Assembly (NCBI GenBank): GCA_963732995.1
Contig: CAVTBS010000009.1
Location: 64,618 to 128,617, forward strand
Length of the DNA: 64,000 nucleotides
DNA from: an uncultured Gaiellaceae bacterium
GTDB taxonomy: Bacteria; Actinomycetota; Thermoleophilia; Gaiellales; Gaiellaceae
Reading direction: 5' to 3'
In this document: positions 19,789 through 27,569 of the stretch, one piece after another
Layout of the letters: each line of letters starts with the position of its first letter
Numbering within the stretch: the first letter of the stretch is position 1
The notes under the pieces: model-generated
What the model saw: only the letters and a program-made list of their open reading frames with translations
Databases searched by the model: none
What the model was told of the DNA's origin: nothing
Program-made: the position numbers and the translations under genes

Positions 19789-20776
19789 GCTCCTCGCGGC
19801 CGCAGTCGCGGCCGCCGCACTCGTCGCCGTCCCCGGAGCCTCTGCGCTCCGGCCGGCACCTGCGCTGAAAGTCTGCTGCGGGCTCACCGCCGAGCTCTAC
19901 GCAACCGGCCTGAAGCGTCCGACCGCGCTCGCGTTCGGCCCCGACGGCCTCCTCTACGCGACGCAGGAGACCGGCGAGGTGGTCGCGGTCGGCCGCGGCT
20001 CCTCGAAGCCGCGCGTGCTCGCCCGCGGTTTCGCGACCCCGCTCGGCCTCGCCTGGGTCGGCTCGAACCTGTTCGTGTCGGCGCAGGGCTACGTCAGCCG
20101 CCTCACCGTCCGCGGCCGGCAGGTCGTCTCGCGGCGGAAGATCGTGACGCGGCTCCCCTTCGACCGCCATCAGCAGGACACGATTGCCCTCGGCCCCGAC
20201 GGCAGGCTCTATCTCGGCAGCGGCTCGACGTGCGACGTCTGCCGCGAGCAGGACAGCCGCAGCGGCGCGATCCTGTCCTTCCGGCAGAGCGGCGGCGACC
20301 TGCGGATCGTCGCGCGCGGGTTGCGCAACCCGTTCGGGCTCGTCTTCGACGGCGAGACGCTCTACGTCTCCGACAACGCCCGCGACGACCTCGGCGAGAA
20401 CGAGCCGGCCGAGACGGTCGTCCGGATCGAGCCGGGCGCCGACTACGGCTGGCCGCGGTGCTGGGCGAGCTGGCGGCTGCGCAAGCTGCAGGGCTCCTGC
20501 CGCGGCGTCACGCCGCCGGTGGCCTACCTCGAGCCGCACTCCTCTGCGAACACGCTCGCGCTCTGGGCCGGGACGCTGATCGTCGCCGAGTGGGGCCAGT
20601 ACCTGAGCGAGCGCTGGGGCCGGAAGCTCGTGCAGGTGAACGTGCGCACGGGGCGCTCGTCGACCTTCGCCGACGGGTTCGAGCATCCGCTCGGGCTCGC
20701 GGTCGAGCCAGGCCGCGGCGGCCTTCTCGCCGGCGACTGGAGCCGCGGCGTGATCTACCGGATCAGGAAGCGCTGA
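19772..20776 (+). CDS. PQQ-dependent sugar (sorbosone/glucose) dehydrogenase-like beta-propeller protein, start uncertain
   Basis: GLKRPTALAFGPDGLLYATQETG...LGPDGRLYLGSGSTCD...GLRNPFGLVFDG motifs. A signal-peptide-like ELLAAAVAAAALVAVPGASA lies upstream of the first ATG/GTG/TTG (19979). Confidence 0.7.
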   Translation: MPGRRELLAAAVAAAALVAVPGASALRPAPALKVCCGLTAELYATGLKRPTALAFGPDGLLYATQETGEVVAVGRGSSKPRVLARGFATPLGLAWVGSNLFVSAQGYVSRLTVRGRQVVSRRKIVTRLPFDRHQQDTIALGPDGRLYLGSGSTCDVCREQDSRSGAILSFRQSGGDLRIVARGLRNPFGLVFDGETLYVSDNARDDLGENEPAETVVRIEPGADYGWPRCWASWRLRKLQGSCRGVTPPVAYLEPHSSANTLALWAGTLIVAEWGQYLSERWGRKLVQVNVRTGRSSTFADGFEHPLGLAVEPGRGGLLAGDWSRGVIYRIRKR

Positions 20777-21393
20777 GCCCCCCGGGCGAGCGCGCCCGCG
20801 AGCTTCTGCTGATAGGCGCCGCTGCGCAGGAGCGCGGCCTCGCGCGGGTTGGACATGAAGCCGGTCTCGACGAGCACGACCGGCACGTCGGCCCAGTTGA
20901 AGCCCGTCAGGTCGGCGCGCTCGACGAGGCCGAGATTCCGCGCTCCGGTCGCGGCCACGAGCTCGCTCTGGAGCAGGCGCCCCGCGCGCCCGCTGGCGCC
21001 GTGGACGTCGTCCGTCCAGCCACGGCGAAGCGCCGGCACGAGCGTCGAGATCCCGCGGACGCCAGGATCCGTCGACCCGTCGGCGTGGATCCGGATCATC
21101 AGCGCCGCACCGCGGGCGTTGCAGAAGCGGGCCCGCTCGCGGTTGCCGCCGCGGTAGCCCGTCCCGTCGCGGGTCATCGCGACCCGGTAGCCGCGGGCGC
21201 GGAGGAGCGATCTCGTGCGGCGGGCGATCGCGAGCGCCACCGGCGCCTCACCCGCGGCGCCGCCCGGATCCTTGATCTTCAGCTGCGCGGAGCCCGGGCC
21301 GATCGGCTCGAACCCGCGGCCGACCTCCGGCGCCGTGCCGTGTCCGGGGTCGAGGCACACGAGCGCGGCGGCTGCGGCGAGCTCGGCGAGCAC
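20755..21393 (-). CDS. N-acetylmuramoyl-L-alanine amidase (Amidase_3)
   Basis: VCLDPGHG...MIRIHADG...VLVETGFMSNPREAALL motifs. Start GTG 21393 lies just after the AKR stop. Confidence 0.85.
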   Translation of the reverse strand: MLAELAAAAALVCLDPGHGTAPEVGRGFEPIGPGSAQLKIKDPGGAAGEAPVALAIARRTRSLLRARGYRVAMTRDGTGYRGGNRERARFCNARGAALMIRIHADGSTDPGVRGISTLVPALRRGWTDDVHGASGRAGRLLQSELVAATGARNLGLVERADLTGFNWADVPVVLVETGFMSNPREAALLRSGAYQQKLAGALARGAQRFLIR

Positions 21394-21395
21394 GG

Positions 21396-22307
21396 CTAGA
21401 GCGCGCGCAGCTCCGCGAGCTCGTCCGGGCCCGGCTCCCACGAGCCCGCAGCCGCGTTCGCGCGCACCTGCTCCGGCTTCGTCGCGCCCGCGATCACGGA
21501 GGCGACACCGGGAACGGCGGCGAGGCCGCCGATCGCGACCTCGAGCAGGGAGGCACCGTGCCGCTCGCCGAACGCGCGCACGCGCTCGACCGCGTCCAGG
21601 TCGCTGTCGGCGAGCTCGCGGCCGTGCAGCCGCGTCCCGGGCGGCGGCGGCTCGCCCTTGGCGTACTTGCCGGTCAGGAGGCCGCTCGCGAGCGGGAAGT
21701 AGGGGATGAAGCCGACCCCGTGCCGGTCGCAGGCCGGCAGGAGCTCGTCCTCGGCTCCGCGGCGCAGCCACGAGTACTCGCTCTGCTCGGAGACGAACGG
21801 CGTCAGGCCGCGCTCGGACGCGATCGCGGCGGCCTCCTCGACCATCGCCGGCGTGAAGTTCGACGAGCCGATCGCACGCACCGTCCCCTCCTCGACGAGC
21901 TCGTGCAGCGCCTCGAGCGTCTCCTCGAGCGGCGTGACGCCGTCGGGCCGGTGGTACTGGTAGAGGTCGATCCGGTCGGTCTGGAGCCGTCGCAGCGAGG
22001 CCTCGAGCGCCTTGCGGATGTAGGGCCGGGCGCCGCGGGCGGTCTCGCCGTCGCCGAGATCGTGGCCGAACTTCGTCGCGAGCACGACCTCGTCGCGGCG
22101 TCCGGCGAGGGCGCGGCCGATGATCTCCTCGCTGCCGCCGCGGTTGCCGTAGACGTCGGCCGTGTCGAAGAACGTGACTCCGGCGTCGAGGGCCGCGTCG
22201 ATCACCGCGCGCGACGCCGCTTCGTCGATCCGGCCGCCGAAGTTGTTGCAGCCGAGCCCGACGACGGTCACCTCGAGGTCGGAGCTGCCCAGGCGTCGAG
22301 TGCGCAT
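21396..22307 (-). CDS. aldo/keto reductase
   Basis: LGCNNFGGRID...FFDTADVYG...LATKFGH signature motifs. Confidence 0.92.
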   Translation of the reverse strand: MRTRRLGSSDLEVTVVGLGCNNFGGRIDEAASRAVIDAALDAGVTFFDTADVYGNRGGSEEIIGRALAGRRDEVVLATKFGHDLGDGETARGARPYIRKALEASLRRLQTDRIDLYQYHRPDGVTPLEETLEALHELVEEGTVRAIGSSNFTPAMVEEAAAIASERGLTPFVSEQSEYSWLRRGAEDELLPACDRHGVGFIPYFPLASGLLTGKYAKGEPPPPGTRLHGRELADSDLDAVERVRAFGERHGASLLEVAIGGLAAVPGVASVIAGATKPEQVRANAAAGSWEPGPDELAELRAL

Positions 22308-22327
22308 CCGGGCACACTAGTCGGAGG

Positions 22328-22879
22328 ATGGCCCGAGGAGACGGACGGAAGTCGTTGCACGACGTGCTGCGCGCGCGCCGCGAGGCGCCGTCGCTGCTCA
22401 CGCCCGCCGAGGCGGCGAAGCGGGAGGCCGCAAGGCGTCGGGAAGAGGCCGAGGCCGAGGCGGCGGTGGCGCTCGAGCGCTGGCGCGACGGCCGCTCGCC
22501 GGACGGGGGCGGCAAGCTCTCGGCCGACGCCTACCGGGCGCTCTTCGGTCTCAGCGCCGCCGCGTACGAGGCCACCGGCCACTGGGGACGGCGCGCGAAG
22601 GCGCAGCTCGCGGCGGCGCCCGCGTGCGAGGTCGAGCGCTGCGGCGCCGAGACCGGCGTCCGCGCGCGGCACCTGACGCACGCGACGCTCGGCGCCGAGG
22701 AGCCGGGCCGCGATCTGATCACGCTCTGCGAGGGCTGCCACCGCCGTGCCGAGAAGCTCGGCCGCGAGCTCGGCCGGGTGCCGCGCCGCGAGGAGATCGT
22801 CGGACTCGACCCGCGCCGCCCGCTCTACGAGCCGGCCGACATCGCCGCCCTGAAGGCGAAGTACGCGCGCGAGGCCTGA
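22328..22879 (+). CDS. hypothetical protein with degenerate HNH-like Cys/His motif
   Basis: CEVERCG...ARHLTHATLGAEEPGRDLITLCEGCHRRAE resembles an HNH beta-beta-alpha-metal core. High GC3. Confidence 0.55.
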   Translation: MARGDGRKSLHDVLRARREAPSLLTPAEAAKREAARRREEAEAEAAVALERWRDGRSPDGGGKLSADAYRALFGLSAAAYEATGHWGRRAKAQLAAAPACEVERCGAETGVRARHLTHATLGAEEPGRDLITLCEGCHRRAEKLGRELGRVPRREEIVGLDPRRPLYEPADIAALKAKYAREA

Positions 22880-22893
22880 AAGCGGAAGAGAAG

Positions 22894-22925
22894 AGTGGGG
22901 GGCGCTTTGGCGGCCACCCCCCACT
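22894..22925 (+). terminator. hairpin AGTGGGGGG-N14-CCCCCCACT
   Basis: 9-bp stem 15 nt after the stop at 22879. No clear U-tract. Confidence 0.4.
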
Positions 22926-23222
22926 GCTTCGGAAGGAGCTCTACATGGACAGCTGCGGCACGGCCCACGGAACTCGCTAGTTCTCACCTCATCGGCGCGT
23001 AGGACCCGATGCTTGAGGTCCTAGGACCTGCAGACGTCCCTCGATCGAGTGATTCGTGGCCGAAACACCGTCCTCCGTTCCGTCTCGGCTCGCCGATGGC
23101 GGCCGCGGAGCGCGAGTGGACAGTGCGAGTGCACGGACGCTCGCGTGGAGCCCCGCCAGCGGCGAGAGCGGCCGGCGGAGCCGGGCTTTGCCCGGCGGTA
23201 GCCGACCGCGGCCGAGGCGGAA

Positions 23223-23315
23223 CGGAGCGGCCCCGGAGTCGAACCGAGCAAGCCGTGGGTTGCACGACCGGGCCGATTTTGAAGACCGGCTGGGCCACCG
23301 GGCCCGTGCCGCTCC
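23223..23315 (-). tRNA. selC: tRNA-Sec (anticodon UCA)
   Basis: Hand-folded. 8-bp acceptor GGAGCGGC/GCCGCTCC plus discriminator G. D-arm GGGCC-CGGT-GGCCC. Anticodon stem GCCGGT/ATCGGC with loop CTTCAAA. 6-bp long variable arm GTCGTG-CAACC-CACGGC. 5-bp T-stem CTCGG/CCGGG with loop TTCGACT. This is the 8/5 Sec architecture. CCA is not encoded. Confidence 0.9.
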
Positions 23316-23430
23316 GTCGCGAAACGTAGCGGCGGCGAGTCTGCAAGCGGCGCGTGAGGACGCTGTACGGATTCGGTAAAACCGCGCTCACTGGGCTTTG
23401 CGAGCGCTCTGCGGCGGGGATGCTCCGAGC

Positions 23431-24297
23431 ATGCCACGCATACTCCTCACCCTCGTCACGCTCGTCGCCGCCCTGGTGGCCGTCTCGCCCGCCAGCGCCG
23501 CGACGACCAAGACCGTCTCGATCAAACGGGCGGCTTTCTCTCCGGCCACGGTCAGCATCGTCGCCGGCGACTCGATCCGCTGGCGGAACGACGACACCCA
23601 GAACCACCAGATCGTCTCGGCCACCGGCGCCTTCGCGTCGCCCGTGCTCTCGCGCGGGAAGAGCTACACGTTCAGGTTCGACGTCGCCGGGACCTACCGG
23701 TACCGCGACGCCCTCAACCCGGCCGTCAACGGCACCATCCGGGTGGCCGGCGCTCCGCCGGCGCTCACACTCGCGACCTCGCAGCCGCAGATCTCCTACG
23801 GCGAGCGGGTGACGCTCTCCGGTCAGGTGAACAGCAAGAAGGCCGGCGAGAACGTCCAGCTCACCTATCAGCCCTACGGCCAGCCGTCCGAGGTCGTGCT
23901 CGCGACCGTGATCACCGGTGCCGACGGCACGTACTCCTACGCCGTCGCGCCGAAGATCCTCACCAACTACCGGGCGCGGTGGAAGACCGCCTCGAGCCTC
24001 GTGATCAGCACGGCCGTCGCGCCTTCGATCTCGTTCGGACGCCTGAACGGGTTCCTCGCACGCGTCTACGCGGGCCGCAGCATGGCCCGCAAGCAGATCC
24101 AGCTGCAGCGGCTCTCCGCCTTCGGGCAGTGGGTCACGATCAAGCGCGTCTCGCTCGACCTGAACTCGCGCGCCCGCTTCGAGGCGACGCTCCCCTGTGG
24201 GGCGAACCGCTTGCGGACCGCGATGTCGGTCAACCAGGCAGGTGCGGGCTATCTCGGCGCGTTCAGCCGCGAGATCACGTACAGGCGTGCCTGCTAG
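23431..24297 (+). CDS. secreted cupredoxin-like domain protein lacking obvious Cu ligands, plus Ig-like C-terminal region
   Basis: Signal peptide MPRILLTLVTLVAALVAVSPASA. The plastocyanin-like pattern VSIKRAAFSPATVSIVAGDSIRWRNDD...GTYRYRD...GTIRV lacks the Cys/His/Met ligands. Confidence 0.7.
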   Translation: MPRILLTLVTLVAALVAVSPASAATTKTVSIKRAAFSPATVSIVAGDSIRWRNDDTQNHQIVSATGAFASPVLSRGKSYTFRFDVAGTYRYRDALNPAVNGTIRVAGAPPALTLATSQPQISYGERVTLSGQVNSKKAGENVQLTYQPYGQPSEVVLATVITGADGTYSYAVAPKILTNYRARWKTASSLVISTAVAPSISFGRLNGFLARVYAGRSMARKQIQLQRLSAFGQWVTIKRVSLDLNSRARFEATLPCGANRLRTAMSVNQAGAGYLGAFSREITYRRAC

Positions 24298-24327
24298 CGA
24301 ACCACCCAACGTAGGAAGGGGTCACAC

Positions 24328-25128
24328 ATGAAACGTCGCACGATCGTCCTGGCCACGCTCGCGAGCACGCTCGTCGTGCTCGCGGCCGTCGCCGGCCTCG
24401 CAGAGGTCGCCGACTCGGCGCCTCAGGCGGCGCCCTCGAACCAGTCGCCGCCGACCATCTCCGGCACCGCCGAAGAGGGGAAGACGCTGACCGCGAGCAA
24501 CGGCACCTGGACCGGCACGGCTCCGATCACGTTCGCGTACTCGTGGCGCCGCTGCGACACGAACGGCGGCAGCTGCTCGGCGATCAGCGGGGCGAACCAG
24601 AAGTCGTACGTGCTGAAGCAGGTCGACGTCGGCGACACGATCCGGATCCGCGTCACCGCACGGAACAACGACGGCTCGACGCCCGAGACGTCGGTCCCGA
24701 CCGCGGTCGTCAAGGTCGCCACGGCGCCCGCGACGGGGTGCAACGGCGCCGCGCCGATCCCGATCGCGAACGTCTCGCTGCCGGACCGGCTGAACATCGA
24801 CGGTCAGGCGATCACGCCGTCGGTGGTGGCACGGTCGACGACGTCGATCTCGCTGCGCTTCCGCGTCACCTGCAAGGGCAAGGCCGTCCAGGGCGCGCTC
24901 CTCTACGCCGACGCGGTTCCGTACAACCAGTTCTCGACGCCGGCCGAGACGCCGACGGGTGCGGACGGATTCGCGACGCTGACGATGAACCGCACGACCG
25001 GCTTCCCGGCCACGAACAGCCAGCAACTGCTGGTCGTCTTCGCCCGCGCCCGTAAGGCCGGCGAGGACGTGCTCGGCGGTGTCTCCACGCGCCGTCTCGT
25101 CTCGTTCCCGGTCGACCTTCGCCGCTAG
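24328..25128 (+). CDS. secreted hypothetical protein with Ig-like module
   Basis: AGGAAGGGG SD-like stretch before the ATG, plus a signal peptide. Module PPTISGTAEEGKTLTASNGTWTG...YSWRRCDTNGGSCSAISGA. Confidence 0.7.
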   Translation: MKRRTIVLATLASTLVVLAAVAGLAEVADSAPQAAPSNQSPPTISGTAEEGKTLTASNGTWTGTAPITFAYSWRRCDTNGGSCSAISGANQKSYVLKQVDVGDTIRIRVTARNNDGSTPETSVPTAVVKVATAPATGCNGAAPIPIANVSLPDRLNIDGQAITPSVVARSTTSISLRFRVTCKGKAVQGALLYADAVPYNQFSTPAETPTGADGFATLTMNRTTGFPATNSQQLLVVFARARKAGEDVLGGVSTRRLVSFPVDLRR

Positions 25129-25140
25129 GGGGCAGAGCAG

Positions 25141-25170
25141 GCCCGGGGACGCCGACGCGCTTCCCCGGGC
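25141..25170 (+). terminator. hairpin GCCCGGGGA-N12-TCCCCGGGC
   Basis: 9-bp perfect stem 13 nt after the stop at 25128, preceding the AhpD-like gene. Confidence 0.45.
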
Positions 25171-25195
25171 CGGCTCGAACTGAGAGAATCGCGGC

Positions 25196-25759
25196 GTGGC
25201 TCACCTCCGTCTCACCGACGTCGACGAGGCCACCGGACCGCTGAAGGACGAGTACGACGCGGCGATCGGGCGTGCCGGCAAGGTCTTCAACATCGTCAAG
25301 GCGATGAGCCCGAACCCGGACGTGCTCCACCGCTCGATGGAGCTCTACAAGGGGATCATGTTCGGGCCCTCGAAGCTCTCTCGCCAGGAGCGCGAACTGC
25401 TTGCGACGGTCGTCTCGCGCGAGAACGAGTGTCATTACTGAACGCGGTCGCATGCAGACGACCTCCGTGCCGAGGGCGCCGACGACGAACTGGTGGACCG
25501 GTGCGCCCACGACTACCGCACCGCCGTCCTGCCTGCGCCTGTGCGCGCGCTCTGCGACTACGCGGCCAAGCTCACGCATGTCCCGACCGCCGTCGGCGCG
25601 GCCGACGTGGAGGAGCTACGCGCGCACGGCTGGGACGACGAGGCGATCCACGACGCGATCCAGGTGATCGCCTACTTCAACTACATCAACCGGATCGCCG
25701 AGGCAGTCGGGATCGGCCCGGAGCCGGAGTGGGAGACAACAGAGCGGGAGGAGCGATGA
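25196..25759 (+). CDS. AhpD/carboxymuconolactone-decarboxylase-family peroxidase-related protein, predicted selenoprotein (UGA 25439-25441 read as Sec)
   Basis: Track ORFs 25196..25441 and 25493..25759 share one frame and are separated only by TGA. Read-through gives ...VSRENECHY-U-TRSHADDLRAEG..., the family C-x-x-C-x-x-x-H signature with U at the second Cys. GC3 bias continues across the gap. tRNA-Sec, selA and selB are nearby. Confidence 0.8.
25442..25468 (+). promoter_or_regulatory. candidate bacterial SECIS hairpin immediately 3' of the in-frame UGA
   Basis: ACG-c-GGUCG-CAUGCAGA-CGACC-uc-CGU. It has a 5-bp upper stem, a 3-bp lower stem with bulges, and an 8-nt apical loop containing G residues 13-20 nt from the UGA. 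Confidence 0.45.
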
Positions 25760-26116
25760 GCGGCTTCACGATCGTGCACATGGACGACTTCGAGCGCCCG
25801 TTCCCGAAGTGGGCGCTCGCGCGCCGCTCGCTCGGGCTCCAGTCGTTCGGGATGAACGTCGTCGAGCTGCCGCCCGGGCGAGACGATCCCCGAGCACGAC
25901 GAGACCGGCAGCGATCAGGAGGAGGTCTTCATCGTCCTCGACGGCGAGGCGACGATGGTGATCGACGGCGAGGATCATCCGGCGCCCGCCGGGACGTTCG
26001 CGCGGCTCGACCCGGAGCCGAAGCGGACGGTCGCCAACCGCAGCGGCGCCCAGGCGACGATCCTGATCGTGTCCGCGCCGCGCACGAGCGGCTACACGCC
26101 GATGGACTGGGCGTGA
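25756..26116 (+). pseudogene. cupin-domain protein, frame-disrupted as assembled (+1 in the CCCGGG run at 25873-25878)
   Basis: ATG 25756 overlaps the AhpD-like stop (ATGA). MSGFTIVHMDDFERPF...VELPPG then continues one frame over as ETIPEHDETGSDQEEVFIVLDGEATMVIDGEDHPAPAGTFARL...MDWA. Its stop overlaps the nitrilase GTG (GTGA). Confidence 0.75.
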
Positions 26117-27030
26117 GGGAGACCGTCACCGCCGCGTGCGTCCAGGTCGAGCCGGCGATCTTCGACCGCGCCGGCACGATCGACCGGGTTGCGGAGCGGA
26201 CGGCCGAGGCGGCCGCAGCCGGTGCGCAGCTGGTCGTCTTCCCGGAGACCTTCATCCCCGCCTACCCCTCGTCGGCGTGGGCGAAGGCGCTCGCCGGCTG
26301 GGCCGAGCCGGGGGCGCAGGAGGCGTTCGCGCTGCTCCACCGCGAGTCGCTCGAGCTGCCGAGCCCCGACGCCGACCGCCTCGCCGGGATCGCGCGTGAG
26401 CACGGCGTCTGGCTCGTGCTCGGCGTCAACGAGGCCGACCCGGAGCGAGCCGGCACGCTCTACAACTCGCTCCTCTACTACTCGCCCGCCGGCGAGCTCG
26501 CGCTCCATCACCGCAAGCTCGTGCCGACGAACCACGAGCGGCTCGTCTGGGGCCAGGGCGACGGACGCGGGCTGCGGGCGGTCGAGACGCCGCTGGGGCG
26601 GCTCGGCGGCCTGATCTGCTGGGAGAACTACATGCCGCTCGCGCGCTTCGCGCTCTACGAGTCCGGCGTCGAGATCTACGTCGCCTCGACCGCGGACGAC
26701 GGCGACCGCTGGCAGGCGACGCTGACCCACATCGCGCTCGAGTCGCGCTCGTTCGTGCTCGCGCCCTGCCACTTCCAGCGCGCCGGCTCGTATCCGGACG
26801 ACTTCCCCCTCGCCGCGCTGCTCGAGGGCCGGGACCTCCTCGGCCGCGGCGGCTCGGCGATCCTCGCCCCGGACGGCAGCTATCTCGCGGGGCCGCTCTA
26901 CGACGAGGAGGGAATCCTCTACGCGGAGCTCGACCCCGACGTGCTCCTGCGGGCGCGGCAGCGCTTCGACCCGGCCGGCCACTACCACCGGCCGGACGTG
27001 CTCAGGCTGACCGTCAGCCCGATCGAGTGA
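26113..27030 (+). CDS. nitrilase / carbon-nitrogen hydrolase family protein
   Basis: Catalytic triad contexts VVFPETFIP (Glu), HRKLVPT (Lys) and LICWENYMP (Cys). Confidence 0.9.
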   Translation: MRETVTAACVQVEPAIFDRAGTIDRVAERTAEAAAAGAQLVVFPETFIPAYPSSAWAKALAGWAEPGAQEAFALLHRESLELPSPDADRLAGIAREHGVWLVLGVNEADPERAGTLYNSLLYYSPAGELALHHRKLVPTNHERLVWGQGDGRGLRAVETPLGRLGGLICWENYMPLARFALYESGVEIYVASTADDGDRWQATLTHIALESRSFVLAPCHFQRAGSYPDDFPLAALLEGRDLLGRGGSAILAPDGSYLAGPLYDEEGILYAELDPDVLLRARQRFDPAGHYHRPDVLRLTVSPIE

Positions 27031-27463
27031 TCCGGAGCCGGTCGCCGGCCCTGACGCCCCAGCGGCGGAACGAGCCGGCATTGACCTCGAGCGCCGTCCG
27101 GTAGGCGACCTTCGGGTCGTAGACCCGACACGGATCCCGGCGGCAGGGCTGCATCGTCAGGATCCGGAGGATCTTCCCGCTGCGGTCGGCGAAGGCGATG
27201 TCGAGCGGGATCAGGGTGTTCTTCATCCAGAAGGCGCCGATGTGGTCCTGCGGGTAGACGAAGACCATCCCGGCCTTCGGCCGCAGGGAGCGGCGATTCA
27301 TCAGCCCCTGTGCCCGCGCCGCCGCCGTGCGCGCCAGCTCGACCTGGAGCGTCACCTTCTCGCCGTTCTTGGTCGTCAGGGTGGCGGTGCCGCGCTCGAC
27401 GCCGACCCCCGCGAGTGCCGCGGTGGGAAGCGCGAGCAGGACGGCGAGCAGGGCGATGCGCAC
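27014..27463 (-). CDS. DUF192 domain secreted protein
   Basis: Signal peptide, then ...RAQGLMNRRSL...GMVFVY...FWMKNTLIPLDIAF, typical of DUF192. Confidence 0.85.
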   Translation of the reverse strand: MRIALLAVLLALPTAALAGVGVERGTATLTTKNGEKVTLQVELARTAAARAQGLMNRRSLRPKAGMVFVYPQDHIGAFWMKNTLIPLDIAFADRSGKILRILTMQPCRRDPCRVYDPKVAYRTALEVNAGSFRRWGVRAGDRLRITRSG

Positions 27464-27569
27464 GTCACCAGTGTGGCAGGCAATCGGCTTGTGACGTTCG
27501 ACGCGATTCCCTACTCTGGTTGGAAGCGAAACGGGAGTCGTGCGGCCGGCTCGTTGGAGGTGGATCCTG

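Noticed and set aside
22877-22925. TGA followed 15 nt later by a strong hairpin, considered as a second UGA/SECIS pair
   Set aside because: The frame after the TGA uses rare AAG/AGA codons and loses GC3 bias, reading KRKRRVGGALAA... The protein already ends naturally. The hairpin fits a terminator better.
22945-22980. 11-codon micro-ORF behind a GGAAGGAG SD, considered as a leader peptide
   Set aside because: No downstream + strand gene is within reach, because tRNA-Sec on the opposite strand intervenes. It is too short to evaluate and is kept only as part of the spacer finding.
25873-25878. Programmed +1 ribosomal frameshift in the cupin gene, directly after the Sec gene
   Set aside because: There is no recognisable slippery-stop context or stimulatory SD as in prfB. 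The same type of 1-nt insertion recurs in many unrelated genes, so an indel, whether error or mutation, is the simpler explanation.
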